Source: a virus (taxonomy: Duplodnaviria > Caudoviricetes). Taken from it: a stretch of DNA of 24,940 bases. Position 1 is the stretch's first letter. Every line of letters begins with the position of its first letter. The notes beneath the pieces were generated by a model that worked only from the letters and a program-made list of their open reading frames with translations, had not been told where the DNA came from and searched no databases. The DNA lies in the IMG/VR virus record IMGVR_UViG_3300044477_000288, positions 1 to 24,940 of that record; one strand, written 5' to 3'. Below are positions 24,341-24,940 of this stretch, piece by piece. The translations under genes were made by a program, and so were the position numbers.

Positions 24341-24540
24341 TTTGAATAAGTTTTGATGTGGAAGGCCACGGCCTGCTGTGTTGTATTTAGCTTTTCAGCA
24401 ATTTGCTGTTGAGTAAAGCCAATTTTCCAGAGGCAAAAACAACACGCTTTACGGTCAGATACCAGTTCAGGTTTACGGCTCTTTGCCGCTGCTATCGAAG
24501 TTGAGAAGAGAACGATAGCAAGGATTATTTCTTCGCTCAT
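24337..24540 (-). CDS. DnaA domain IV-like HTH protein
   Basis: KSRKPELVSDRKACCFCL...FTQQQIAEKLNTTQQAVAFHIK parallels the DnaA C-terminal pattern KSR.R.IV.ARQ.AMYL...S..EIG..F.RDH.TV. Start at MSEEII (24540). ATGA overlap with the primase. Confidence 0.6.
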   Translation of the reverse strand: MSEEIILAIVLFSTSIAAAKSRKPELVSDRKACCFCLWKIGFTQQQIAEKLNTTQQAVAFHIKTYSK

Positions 24541-24547
24541 AATAATC

Positions 24548-24940
24548 CTATCCCTCAATATTTTGAAAATCAAAAGCAAGATCAACAAGCTCACGAAAGC
24601 GTTTAATTGCAACGGTATTCGTCCAAGGAATCAATTGAAGAATTGCAACCTGGTTCTCTAGTATGAAGCGAGACACGCCGCGAACAGTCCAATCAGCCCG
24701 GTGAGCTTTGTAAATCGTTTCAACATGAATGTGATTTTGAGTAACCACAAGATAAGATTTTCCGGTGCGTTGAATTGCTTTCCGTTGTGAGATGGCATTC
24801 CCAACAGCGTTAATTGCTTCGGTTCTGAATTGCGAGGCCGTCATTTCACGAGAAATAAACGTATGCTGCCTTGCTGTTTTGCGGTTCTTTGTAGCTGTTT
24901 GCATATCAGTAGATTTGATTGAGTGTTTTAGCCTCAGCAT
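24548..24940 (-). CDS. Hypothetical protein at the window edge
   Basis: 130-aa ORF; the true start may be the internal MQTATKN. Confidence 0.55.
   Translation of the reverse strand: MLRLKHSIKSTDMQTATKNRKTARQHTFISREMTASQFRTEAINAVGNAISQRKAIQRTGKSYLVVTQNHIHVETIYKAHRADWTVRGVSRFILENQVAILQLIPWTNTVAIKRFRELVDLAFDFQNIEG

Larger units (their letters stand above)
1..24940. mobile_element. Integrated tailless, membrane-containing dsDNA provirus (boundaries extend beyond the window)
   Basis: Integrase, primase-helicase, FtsK-HerA packaging ATPase, putative jelly-roll capsid, many single-TM proteins, muralytic enzymes and holin-like gene in modular order. No host housekeeping genes and no tailed-phage hallmarks. 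Confidence 0.85.

Noticed and set aside
3314-24356. Numerous + strand ORFs of 60-140 aa
   Set aside because: Nearly all lie antisense to well-supported, tightly coupled - strand genes (12188..12382 spans a terminator/promoter region) and show no recognisable motifs.
1-24940. ICE / conjugative transposon or tailed prophage
   Set aside because: No relaxase, VirB4/VirD4 or Tra genes, and no terminase, portal, HK97 capsid, tape measure or baseplate recognisable.

Overview
The whole window looks like most of one integrated temperate virus (provirus), probably of a Bacteroidetes host. The host call rests on a Bacteroidetes-type tyrosine integrase, a DUF4248-like HTH, DUF4988-like repeats and A/T-rich gene starts without Shine-Dalgarno sites. 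The integrase is the only convincing + strand gene. Everything else runs on the - strand as tightly coupled operons. (i) Early/replication module (24940-16182): DnaA-domain-IV-like HTH, 990-aa TOPRIM primase-helicase fusion, orphan m6A/m4C and m5C methyltransferases, ASCH protein and LPD1-like zincin. (ii) A ~680-bp non-coding region with 13 phased, inverted TCTACA repeats (candidate replication origin). (iii) Packaging module with an FtsK-HerA/A32-type ATPase. (iv) An ~11-kb morphogenesis operon: putative jelly-roll capsid protein, about a dozen single-TM membrane proteins, collagen/Ig-like spike, degenerate AbiEii-like nucleotidyltransferase, membrane-anchored zincin protease, annexin-like protein, PG-binding protein, two very basic proteins, three tandem lytic transglycosylases, beta-propeller spike and holin-like protein. 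No terminase, portal, HK97 capsid, tape measure, tail or T4SS genes are visible. The best interpretation is a tailless, internal-membrane dsDNA provirus (Varidnaviria/Singelaviria-like architecture) that fits no family I can name. att sites and the repressor appear to lie outside the window. All family calls come from reading motifs, with no database search.
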